Assembly (NCBI RefSeq): GCF_032062105.1 | Contig: NW_026931035.1 | Span: 372,001 to 436,000, forward strand | Reading direction: 5' to 3' | DNA: 64,000 nucleotides | DNA from: Saccostrea cucullata | Lineage: Eukaryota | Shown here: one piece after another, positions 52,425 to 64,000 of the stretch | Numbering within the stretch: the stretch's first letter is position 1 | Layout of the letters: every line of letters begins with the position of its first letter | Made by a program: the position numbers and the translations under genes | Notes under the pieces: model-generated | What the model saw: only the letters and a program-made list of their open reading frames with translations | Database searches by the model: none | What the model was told of the DNA's origin: nothing

Positions 52425-52660
52425 TTTATAAAACCTGCATATGGTGTTTTCGTCTCCCAGTTTATTCCATATTCAAGAACAAGTTCCGAGTACGATCGAT
52501 TTTTACCCGGAGACAGGATACTGACAGATAAGTTGATGTTACAGAGCAAATCTGATTAAATTCAGATCATTTTATCCGCTTATTAACAAATAAATTGCTG
52601 ATTTTAATTAGATTGTGTTAAAGGGGTTTGAGCTTAAAGTCGGCATTTCGTAAATCCAAT
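52425..52660 (+). mobile_element. Penelope-like reverse transcriptase C-terminal fragment (pseudogene)
   Basis: Translates PAYGVFVSQFIPYSRTSSEYDRFLPGDRILTDKLMLQ, resembling the PAYGVYISQLIRYARAC...LLTNKLM motif. Confidence 0.6.
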
Positions 52661-52837
52661 GGCTGTAAGATAATGTTACATAATTATGTAGTTTTGAGAT
52701 CTGTTTTTCATGCAAAAATCCTAAATCATACAGTGGCGTATTTAATCAATGCTTTTATTAAATATTAATCAATTATATCTAAAAGTGTTGCTAAGAAATA
52801 TAATGGAACACAAGTTGAATATAAGTCAGTGGTTCTA

Positions 52838-54083
52838 TCACTCCAGGCCAATCCACCCGGGATAGAAATAATCAGACATATCGGAACTAAAGTCTTTCCG
52901 GAGACTACTGTCGTTTCTAGCTACATTTTTGAAGTAGATAGTTGTGCCATTGGCCAGAAAACCCCCCCACCAACCAAACGATCCAACAGTCATAACTGTG
53001 TGATTGCACATCGAGATGGCGCACATGTCGACTTCCCGCGGGCTTTCAGGCGCGAAGACTACGTCACTTCCGTTTATGTGATATTTGCACCACTTGAGAT
53101 CCTCCACATTCGGATTTGTAAAAACGATGAACACCAATGGGTGGTATCTATCTCTAAAATATTTCAAAGATCTACCGAGATATTCCCCTGTGGCTAAAGT
53201 ATATCCATATTTGACATTTTTATCAAGTTTATAATCACCCCTTCGTATATGGACGCCCACTATCGTTAGGTTGTTACTAGAGAAGGGTTTCGTCAGTGTC
53301 TCTATAAGCGTCCGTGCTTTATGCTGAACATCCTCCATAAATACAAATTGTTCCCTAATCTCACTCTCCACATCCTGAAAGTATTTCCAAGACTGTAGAT
53401 AGGATTTATGAATGTAGTTCAGATTGTTTTTCCTATAAAAATGGACGGAACCTTTATCATATGCACACGGTTTCCTCTCTACAACCTTTTCTGCAGTGTC
53501 ACAAAACTGTTTGCCGATTAAGAATCTGGTAGAAATATTGAAAGTATTAAACATTAAGGATGTAGGCGTTATTCCTATAGTCATGTTTCTGGCCCGGGCT
53601 ATCCCATAAGTTGAGGCATATTGAAACATATTGTTACCCAAGCCTCCCCGGAAGTAAGCACATAACCGGTTCTCCTCAGTTTGAACCGGAAGTAGGTGTT
53701 TCGGTCTTTTTAGGAAGAGGTAGAAAAAGAAGCAGTTGATCAACACACTGAAAAACAGGATCAGCAGCAAAAGGTCTAGAGGAAGAAAGAACACAATCAG
53801 ATATGATAAACGGAAACAACTCAAATTAAGAATGATATAAAACTGTATAGTTTTAATCGTTAGCAAAGAAAACCCAAGAAAAAATTCAAAAAAGTTCGAA
53901 TTCATCAATTCAGGTCACTAGCGCTACGGTCTTTTCATTATTTCACAAGTCTATATATTCTCCATTTTTTTACTGTTAACCGTGCTTAAACGTCTTTTTC
54001 TCTCCTGTCATTTTAGGGGGAAAAGATGCAATTCAATAAGTATTTTTGAATAATTCAGTACCAGTTTTCATAATTCTTCTCAT
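52838..54083 (-). CDS. Galactoside alpha-(1,2)-fucosyltransferase (GT11, FUT1/FUT2-like), 319 aa; exons 54083-54062 and 53775-52838
   Basis: GGLGNNMFQYA, VGVHIRRGDY and CNHTVMTVGSFGWWGGFL motifs; spliced N-terminus MRRIMKT|DLLLLILFFSVLINCFFFYLFLKRPK gives type II topology. Confidence 0.92.
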
Positions 54084-54889
54084 AACTGTTCATTTTTCTC
54101 GTGTCCCTAAAAAATAAAAAAAAAATGTGATATACAATGTATTTAGTGTTCATTGTTGTTGTTAAATTTTTCAGTAGTGCAGACTGAATTAAACTATAGA
54201 ATGATTTAAATCATTTAAGAACATGTATACGTTTCCTTGCCTATATTATCCTTACGTACACTATACATGCATACATTAAAACAAACAGACAACCATACAA
54301 ACTTGCTTCAATGCAACTGCAGCTAAAACAGACAATAAGTCCTTTTTCTATTGCTAGAGAAACACGTATACATTCAAATACTTAAACTGGAATGGCGCTT
54401 TAAAAAATGGAGTACTGTGAGCACTGAGCTCACTAAATGATACCACCCGCCAACAATATGATTCTAAATGCGAAGTCCAAATTTTGCTCTGGGAAACCTG
54501 AAATAAGTGTCAGGTCATATAAAATAAAAGGTGCATAGTGGCATTATGTAATAAAGAATTTGTGAAAGTATATCATTAAATTCTATTAAGTGGTATATAA
54601 AAGGAGTTGTTGATAAGAGGTGGGTACCAAATAATTTTTTTCCAATATGATAGAAATAATGTAAATAAAAGAATGGCCAAATTTATAATAAAGCATGCAT
54701 TATTACGAATCATTCACCTTTTGAAGATATGAAGATATGAAAGGGGGGGGGGGTAATAAAACATGCATAACATTCTCATAAAAATATTTTAAGAAAAAAG
54801 TCAATGTTTTTGGTATCGTAAACCCAAAGTATGTGTCCGATTAAAAAGTAAAACAGGAGGTCACCCAATGAAAGAAAAAGTGAGGAAAA

Positions 54890-54893
<4 letters not shown>

Positions 54894-54942
<49 letters not shown>
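54894..54942. repeat. (CT)n microsatellite
   Basis: About 24 CT units. Confidence 0.95.
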
Positions 54943-54945
<3 letters not shown>

Positions 54946-56676
54946 AGAGTGTGTGTGTCTTTGTGTGTTTTCAAAACAATAACGTAAAACACTTTAAAAA
55001 TTTAAGAAAAGAACTGCAAATTCTGTCTCGAGAGTAAAAAAAAAACAAACATATATTTCCTTATTAATGAACAAACAGTACGTACATTTATACCTTCTAC
55101 ATTTGTGACTTGTCCCAAGGCCCGCAGGGAGCGCATTTTAACGTACATGTACGACCAGTTAACTGATTAATGTTGTTGGAGAACGAAGCCATTGTACATT
55201 CCGCTTACTTCTAATATACGATTTACAAAAAAATGTTCTTTTTATTGAATCCTCCACCAAAAAGGTGGGATTATTTTTGGAATGGTTGATCATCTAAGGT
55301 TAGGCCTCTCTAAGTAAACGAATGGGAATGCAGGTCGGGATTACTTATGATTAATTTAAATTACAACAGAAATTTGCGCAATTTCAAACAAATAAATCCA
55401 CTTAAATAAATAGCGTGCCTATATTTACAAACCTCACCTGTTCAATGTGTTCTAACACATTTCTGATGACCAATATATCAGAGTCAGGAACCACTACATT
55501 AAATGTCCCATATTACAGTCTGTTCACGTGTAAACAATAACATGCCGGAAAACCTACTATATATAGACTAAATTATGCATGAAACGAAGCTAACGATTTA
55601 CATTTACCTGCTGTTTAATGTGAACCTACCTTGAATTTAAGATGTCGAGTCAGAAGCGTGTTGTCAAAGAACTGCGTCACGATGCATCGAGTGATGATAA
55701 GGACATATTATCGCGGAGACTTGGCGTGGATCTAACAAATCATCATAATATGGGAGCAAATATTTACCTCCTGTAAATAGTAAAAAAAAATAATAAAAAT
55801 TGTTCTGTACTTAATACGAATGCACATGCTCTCATTGACACCCCCCTTTTTTATTGTGCTAATGTTTATTTATAGGACATATTCAGTTTCTTTTGTTTCC
55901 CACGGGAGTTGGTTTCAACACTCATGCAAAACATTCAAAAAGATGTTTTTAAGTACATTGAAATCAATCCCGAAATTTCGATGTTCCATTAAAACAGGTG
56001 TAATTTTTTTTGTTTGATGCTCTATATATTTTATATAAGGTTCAAGATAAAATATTCGTATTACCTCCAAAGTCAAGGTGATGCTAATTCTCGATAAGGG
56101 CTGTGTCTTATCACGAAGTCTCAAAGTTATTATTTAATAATTCTATTTCGGGATAACGCTCAAACCTAAGCACATATAACTTTATCTCGGAAAAAAAATT
56201 AGAAACCCAAACGTTTGTCCCGTTAGTCGTAATTTATGCATGTTAGGCTGTCCAAAGTTAATTCTATGTTAAACTCACACGGGTACGGAAGTTTCAGAGA
56301 AATAACCAAAAATGTATCTCGGATTGCTTTCAATTTTCTGCATTCAATGGGAACAGGCAACATTTATGGGGTATATTTGAGATACTGATAGATTAACTAG
56401 AAAAAGTTAATAAATAATTAGCTTTAAAATACATAAACATAAAATACATGTTTTTACAGTATTTAGATCCGTATATATGCCGAATTAATTTTTTAATCAT
56501 TTGTTTTACCCCCCCCCCCCATTCGTAAATTTTGAAGGTTTTATGTGACGTTAGACGTAGAACTAATTTAGTACATAATTTATTTTCATTCTTGATATTC
56601 ATCTTGTATAAATCACCATTGCTATATACGAATACATTAAATATTAGCTTTAGGCTGGAAAATTTTTTTTAAAAAA

Positions 56677-58190
56677 AATAAGATGTGTTTGTGAAACACT
56701 AATGTCCAATACAGGCAGCTTAGGGCGAAGGTTAAAGTCTTTTTCATGAGCAAATCAAACTCCAAGGTCAAGAGATCAAAAATGCATGTTGTTTAAGCAC
56801 ACAAAGATTGGACTTGTGTTAATGGATATACCTGATGAAGTACCATTTATTCAAAAGTTATAGTCAATGTTAATGTTTTCAAAAAGTTGATATCAAACTC
56901 TAAGATTAACGTCAAATGGTCAAAATTAATGGAACGAAAGGGAGGACTTTGTCATTCAAAATACACATGCAAAATATAAAAGCCCAGGTATCCGACTGTT
57001 CTAATATGATCAAAAGTTCAAGTTTTCCAAAAGTAGGCCAAACTCCAAGGTCTAGGTCAAAATTGCTGGTATCCAAAGCAAGGTCTTACCTGTGAATTCT
57101 AACTGCATGTTCAGAAGTTATGGCCAAGGTTAAATCTTATAAAATTGAGTCAAACTCTAAGGTCAAGGTACGAAATATTAACATCATTTGGAAGTTTTTG
57201 TCGCGATAAATAAATTGAGTGAAATAGTAAAGCTTCAGTACCTATTGTTTAAAAGTTCCCGTGGTCTTACTGTGAACCTTTCAGGAGAAGGGATTTTTTA
57301 AAAACCAAATAGAATGGCTTTTTGAAGACAACACAGGCACGAACCAACAGGGGGCTCTTTTATAAAATGTGTGTCATATATATGTGTCATTCGAAAACGG
57401 TTGGTTACGGGTATATTTATAAATGGCTTATATGATAGAGACTAAAGGGTACATTATCGATAACATGTAGTTTATATTAGAATACAAATACCGGTGTAGG
57501 GAAAAGGTGTTTGGGGAACACTGCATGATCCCCCCGCATAGCAGCCTTTGGCGAAGGCTAAGGTTTCTCAGGTAAAACTATACAAGGTCAAGGGGTTAGA
57601 AATGTTGTTTTTTTTTTTTTAAGGAATTGTATCAATGAATAAACTCGTGAAAAATAATAGCCAAAGAAGCAACCGTTCTAAAGTTAAGGCTAAGATTTAA
57701 AAGTTTTTCGAAAGCGGGTTAAATGCCAAGGTCAATGTCAAAGGGTCTAAAACAATGATGCTCAGGGAAAGGACTTGTCACAAGGATAAAGGTCCTACAA
57801 TTAATGAACCAACTCCAAGGTCAAAAGCGCAAAATTGTTGATATCCAAATGAATGTCTTGTCACAAGGGATACATATGTGAAATACAATACATACAAATG
57901 TATGTGCATATATAAAGTATATTAAGTGTTCAAAAGTTAGGGACAATTAAGGTTTAAAAGTCAGACTCTTCGGTCAAGGTCAAAATATCAAATATAATTA
58001 TATCCAAGCAACAGTCTTGTGACAATGAATACACATAATTATGAATTATGAAAATCCTAGCACCAACTGTACAAAAATTATGACCAGAGTATATTTTTTG
58101 CAATGATCGAGCAAGGTTAAAGTTTTAGTGGACAAACAAACAAAATTAACAGATCAACAGACAAACACACAGACAATGGGGAATCATTTG
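56677..58190 (-). mobile_element. Old HINE-like element with degenerate caaactccaaggtcaaggtca units
   Basis: aagatgtgtttgtgaaacac start; repeated aaggtca units; ACAG-like tract near 58140. Confidence 0.6.
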
Positions 58191-59161
58191 GATCTATATT
58201 CACAGAAAAAACCTTAAAGCTATTGTCTTAAAAGCTAAAAAAATGTTGAATTTCACTAACATGAAATTAAGTATTTCGGAATTACGATCTCTTAGCATAT
58301 TGCTTCTTCATTTAGGGTGTAAGACCATTTTTCCTGCTTGAGATGCACAGAAGAAAAACTGACAATATTGATTATATTCACAATAATGACAATGTTATTT
58401 GAAGTAATGCCATTAAAATGCGGTTTTATTTGAAAAGCAGCATAATAATTTTCACCATTACAAGTAAGACAAAATCCAACTCGTTATCACCAAGTGGTAC
58501 TAATTTGCAAGATCATTAACTTACCTATTTTATGATCATTACCGCTACACATGATTTTATCAGGAAGACCATAGTCGATAACAAGTCGTTACCGCTACAT
58601 ATAGAATCAGCCAGCAGTGCCACTGAATATGAATTCATTATAATTCATTAAAAGATATTTTCAGACAACAGTGCCTCAACCAAATGGCCTTCAAAACTCT
58701 ACCAATCATGTAAATACTGTGTGTTTTAACATGAAAAATGCTCAGTTTTGAAACTTTCTAATATGTGTTAATGAATGAAAATGATTTTAAAATGTAAAAA
58801 TGATTGAGAAAAAAGAAACTTTCTGCTCAAAATCTACCTTTCACTTCCCTGTGATATATGTAAGCAGGGCAAACAGTGGTAATAATATTACAACTGTTTG
58901 CCCTGCTTACATGTATAATATAACTTTTTTTTAAAATGGCCGTAATGGGTATGTAGTGTAATAAAAATTTTGAAAATGTAGATGTAATTGATACAAATTC
59001 AGATGAATGTATGCTGGGCAAATGGTTTGTGATTTGATGAGAAGAGTTTAATCCTCTTAATGACATTATCTGGAAAGAAAAAACGTAGACAAAATGAACC
59101 GAAAAGATAAAGATCAAATACTTGAAACAATTACCGGTATGTTTTTATTTTCAGATAAAGA

Positions 59162-62100
59162 ATGACTAGTCTGAGTTTGAGTTTAGCGTCTCTAAATGGT
59201 GAGAAAGAAGAACAGTTTCTGGAGCATTATTTTTCTCACGTCAGTCACTGTGAACATGACAAAGCCAGGGAACTTGCAGTAAGTTTTCTTGCATCTTGAT
59301 GACAGTTGTATAATTCTAGTAATAATTTTATAACATTTCTTTAAAATCCCCCTTTTCCTCTTTTTTTGTCAATGCTAATTAATTGCTTTGAATTGGATTT
59401 TTTATAACAGGAGAAGGAGAGAGATGCTTACAAGGCAATGTTTGGTTCCTCCTGGGCCATGTTCTTACTTTCACTTTCACAGTTTGCCACAGCAGAGAAA
59501 ACTTACATGTCACTGGGATTTTTAGAACAGAAGAGCTTCTTTACAAGATCAAAAGATGTAAGTAATTTTACAGTGATTTATTGAATACATTGTTCAATAG
59601 ATAAATCATGTTAGATGTTAAGAATTGATATAAAAAATGAAAATCTACCAGTTCTCTGAGAAAATCTCTTTCCTGCTAAAAGCAAGACTGACATCTAGCA
59701 TATGTAGATACACATGTAATAGAGAATGTGTTAATATTTTATAAAAAAAATGATGTCTTTTTATAATTTAAAGTAAATACTTAAAAAAAACCAGGTAATC
59801 AGAGATTACAGAGCTCACCTCAACGAATGTTGTCTTTAAGTAAGGCAAAGTCACACAATTAACTAACAAAAGGTGTACATCCAAAAATACAAAATTTATG
59901 CACTTTTGATCTGATTCTTTCGAATAGACCTATATAAAACTTCAAACTAGTTCTTTATCATGAAAACATAATTAAAATCCAGCATCTGAAGCAAGTTTGA
60001 GAGTTTTCATCCCTAGATGCATCATTTGTACAAGTTTGATTTATATAAGCCTTGCAGTTTCTTGGTAATAGACCTGCACCCATAACTTTTACCTGGTTCA
60101 TTATCTGGAAAATGTAAGTCGAATTCAGCATCCAAAGCAAGTCCATTGGTGTGCATCCTAAGATGCAAGTTTGCTCAATATAGGGCTCATAGTTACTTGG
60201 AAATGAAACCTGCATAAAAAGCTAACCTTTTCACTCATCCAGAAAATCTAGGTCAGATTCAACATCCGAAGCCAGCCAGGTAGAATGCATCCTAAGATGC
60301 ATCATCCATGCAACTTTGGTCATTAAAGAACTCATAGCAACTTGAAAAATGAAACCTGTACCAAAAACTTTGATTGTCCACTCAGTCAGAAAAGTTAGGT
60401 CAGATTCAGCATCCGAAGCAGGCTTGGTAGTGTGCATCCGTAGATGTATTATCCTTGCAAGTTTGGTCAACATAGGGCCCATAGTTACTTGGAAATGAAT
60501 CACCAAAAACTTTAACCTGTTCACTCGTCCAAAAAATGTAGGTCAGATTCAGCATCTGAAGCAAGTCTGGTAGTATGCATCCTAAGATGTATCATCCATG
60601 CAAGTTTAGTCATTATAGGGCTCATAGTAACTTGGAAATGAATCCTGCACCAAAAACTTTAACCTGTTCACTCATCCAGAAAACGTAGGTCAGATTCAGC
60701 ATCCGTAGCAAGTCTGGTAGTATGCATCCTAAGATGTACCATCCATGCAAGTTTGGTCATTATAGAGCTCATAGTAACTTGGAAATGAAACCTGCACCAA
60801 AAACTTTAACCTGTTCACTCAACCGGAAAATGTAGGTCAGATTCAGCATCCGAAGCAAGTCTGGTAGTATGCATCCTAAGATGTACCATCCATGCAAGTT
60901 TGGTCATTATAGAGCTTATAGTATCTTTGAAATGAAACGTGCACCAAAAACTTTAACCTGTTCACTCAACCGGAAAATGTAGGTCAGATACAGCATCCAA
61001 AGCAAGTCTGGTAGTATGCATCCTTAGATGTACCATCCATGCAAGTTTGGTCAACATAGGGCTTATAGTTACTCGGGAATGAGACCTACACCAAAAACTG
61101 CTCCAAAAACATTAACCTGGTCATTCCTTTGCTGAAATTTCAGCATCTGAAACTGTGACTAGTACAATGAAACACACTAGGAACAACTTCCATGCATGTC
61201 TAATCAATATAGGACATAGAAGTACTTAAAAGGAAAACTGCTCCAAAAAACTTAACCTTAACCCGGGACACCGACGCCGAGGGTATTACATAAGCTCCCC
61301 CAACTTCATTGAGGTGAGCTAAAAATATTTAAATTCATGTACTAGTATAACGTTTTGTCATGATTTTGAGAATTAAAGACCATATTTGTGTTAATTGCAG
61401 ACTCTGAAGAGCTGTTATCAGACCCTGATGCAGGATTTTAGACGCGTTGAGGAGGCTGTAAAATCCACAGAGGAACAAGGATTTGGAATGTCCAGCAATG
61501 TGATCGAATTCGAGAAGTTACTAGCCCATCTTTGTGATCAACTGTGCTTCTTTACACAGGCCAGACAGGAGACAATCAATTTGTATCCTATGCAGGTTTT
61601 AAATTCTTAGCTCAGACCTGTCACTTTCCAGGGGTACCTTTTCCATCAGAAAATTTCCTTTCACTCTTCCAGTTCCCCTTTGGACTAAAATATTGGTTCA
61701 AAACCATCAAAATCCTTAATTGGGTCCAAAACCATCAAAATCCAAATCTTCATTTTTTCCTCCTTGATATCCAGCATGCAAACATGATTGCAGTGAGATA
61801 GGAGTCTTAAACCAAATTGTGGAATTTTAGTTTCCAGAGTTCAGGTACAGGAGAGGGTGAAGTAGATCTTATGCTATAAATGCACTTTGTATTTAAAACT
61901 CCTCTATTCCTAAACATCTAGGTTATAAGGTTAATACATGTAGATAATGTACATGATCATAGAATCCTCACTCTTCCAGAATTAATATATGGCACTGGAT
62001 TCCAGAATTCAAATTCCAGGTGGGAAAAGTTGGTTAAAAGATGTAAAAGCATCATGGTTCCTTCTCAGGTGCCCATGGCAACTTGTCTAAGTAAGAGAGG

Positions 62101-63630
62101 AAACATTGAGATAGCCAAGGGGTTGAGATACTGGTTAAAATAAATAGTGATATAAACTATGAATTAAACATATCCATGATATTCAAGATATCAATAAGAT
62201 ACCAAAGTTCCAGCTATATCACTTTAGTTCCTTGACAGAGGGGACTAGCTATGAACAAGTTCACATCATGGGGATGACAAAGCATATCAACTTTGAAGAT
62301 CTTAACATGGTTGTCAAGGAAATTATAGCAGGACACAACAAGAATTTTCACCATCCAATTTTAGCACCACTCAAAACTGTGTTTGGGTAAGTCAGTGAAT
62401 TGTTGGGTCTAATAGTTCTTGAGAATATTGAGATCTTAGCGGATATTACACCATTGAATTTATGAAATATCAGTTATAAGTCAAAGGTTCCAAAAACCAG
62501 CTCAATGGTTTTATAATTATTCTGCATTTCAGCTTAAACATTTAAGTTTGTACAAAACCAAAGTGTCTGAATGTCTGGAACACCATGAAGTCTAAAATAA
62601 TCAAACTTTATCAGTTAATGTTCAGTTGATGTGTCTTCTAGCTGGCACACTGTGAAGCCTAGAATTTTCAGACTTTATCAGCAAATAATCAGTTGATGTT
62701 CAGTTGATGTGTCTTTGGGATGATCCGTCTACTGTTGTCATTCTTACCCACTGGATGTTCATGTGTCTTTGTCATAGCATGACCATATTCAAAATTCAAG
62801 ACATTATTAATGTAAAACAGCTTTCATTTCTCGAAATTGATATATATTTGTAGATATGAGTGTGATACATTAAACCATTTACTGGTTGCCCAGACTATGA
62901 TGTCTGACTGGAAGTTTCTGATGGCCCTCTTACACATTCATGAAGCCCACACAAAACTGACAAGCTGGGCTACATTAATTCACCCTAAGGAGGTGAGTTT
63001 ATGTCTGTTGAATAACTACTTTGAAAAAAAAACTGTTCAAAATTGCAATAAGTTATCCAAAGGGAGAACACTGCGACTCAATGCTTATGTGGACTCTGAT
63101 ATTGATTGTTCTGTACATGAGGGTATATAATAAAATACCAAGATTTTAAATGATAGAATTTATAGATTTTTTTTTATCAAAAAAGAACAATTGCCAGATG
63201 ATATTATCTATGTACATGTAACACTTGATTATAACAGAGTAAGAAATCTGCCTTCGGAGGCTCCAGTAAACATGGCTCCCTGCCTGCCCTTTATCAGTGG
63301 CTGAGTAAATTCAAAAACCTGCTGCTCTCTAAAGTGAGTCAACTTCCTACAATTTCCATAACTCTGTCTACATTTAACCTTGATTTGTTTATTTTCTAAA
63401 CCATTTTAGTATCTGATTTATAATTTCATCTCTACTGTTGATGACACTACGTTGTCAGTACATGTATTGCACTGCTATTTTCAGTTCAGTATCTACTTTT
63501 ATGACATTGTCGGTATCACATTGCTCTCGTTTCAGTTCAGTATCTACTTTTACGACATCCTACAAAGGCAGGCCTCTCCCCTTGAAATGAAATCCTTGAT
63601 CAGTAAAACTCCTGATGATTTTGTCACAAG
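59162..63630 (+). CDS. KICS2: KICSTOR subunit 2 (C12orf66), 5' part; exons 59162-59278, 59411-59557, 61401-61582, 62249-62386, 62854-62992, 63238-63333, 63536-63630; continues beyond right edge
   Basis: EKLLAHLCDQLCFFTQAR, FHHPILAPL, WKFLMALLHIHEAHTKLTSW, KFSIYFYDILQRQ match C12orf66 blocks (recall); consistent phases. Confidence 0.93.
59790..61325 (-). mobile_element. HINE-like element with 147-bp tandem core in KICS2 intron
   Basis: gtaggtcagattcagcatc at 60538, 60685, 60832 and (variant) 60979; ends agagctcacc ... gaggtgagctaaaaa. Confidence 0.85.
61583..62248 (+). other. U12-type (minor spliceosome) GT-AG intron
   Basis: 5' GTATCCTA; branch TTCCTTGAC at 62228-62236, ~13 nt from the AG; no polypyrimidine tract. 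Confidence 0.85.
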
Positions 63631-64000
63631 GTAATGGAGAGGATGAGATCAAACTAATAATTGATATTACATTGTGAATCAAAAAATAAATGTTCAGTTC
63701 TCAAGTGTAAGGGTGGATAAATATCATTCTGAAATCAAATTCTCAATTTGTAATTTTATTGTGGTTGTGATTTCGCTTTTATGATTGTTGAATGAAATTT
63801 AGAAAATATTGTAGTATAATAAGCATACTTGTTAACATTAGCATATGGTGAAACTATATGTTGTTCTGTAAAACTACCAGGTATTGGTGTGTTCGAAGTG
63901 TAGCAAGAACAGATTCTGTTTAGAAAACAGGAAAACTGATACAAATTAAATTAAAAATGTATCTGAATTCAGATATTATATTGTTGACATTTTGATTTGG

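Overview
AT-rich, intron-containing eukaryotic DNA; the repeat families resemble those of oysters (Ostreidae; inference). I reconstructed seven protein-coding genes by hand from splice signals and frame continuity: RCC1L/WBSCR16 (-, first two coding exons, continues past the left edge); an orphan 222-aa gene (-); a 313-aa type I membrane protein with a Cys-rich CUB-like ectodomain and a PSAP/PPxY tail (+); HDDC2 (-) head-to-head with MRPS28 (+); a GT11 alpha-1,2-fucosyltransferase (-); and KICS2/C12orf66 (+, continues past the right edge, with a U12-type intron). Most of the rest is non-autonomous transposons (Helentron-associated HINE-like elements with internal satellites, several MITE families, a deleted Tc1/mariner, Penelope-like fragments) and tandem arrays. 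The most unusual structures are (i) a composite transposon made of two inverted ~800-bp CAC...GTG elements around a 395-bp cargo, with a 5-bp TSD only at the outer ends, and (ii) an interleaved A-B-A'-B' inverted-repeat element in the MRPS28 intron. Most short ORFs in the track are repeat artefacts.
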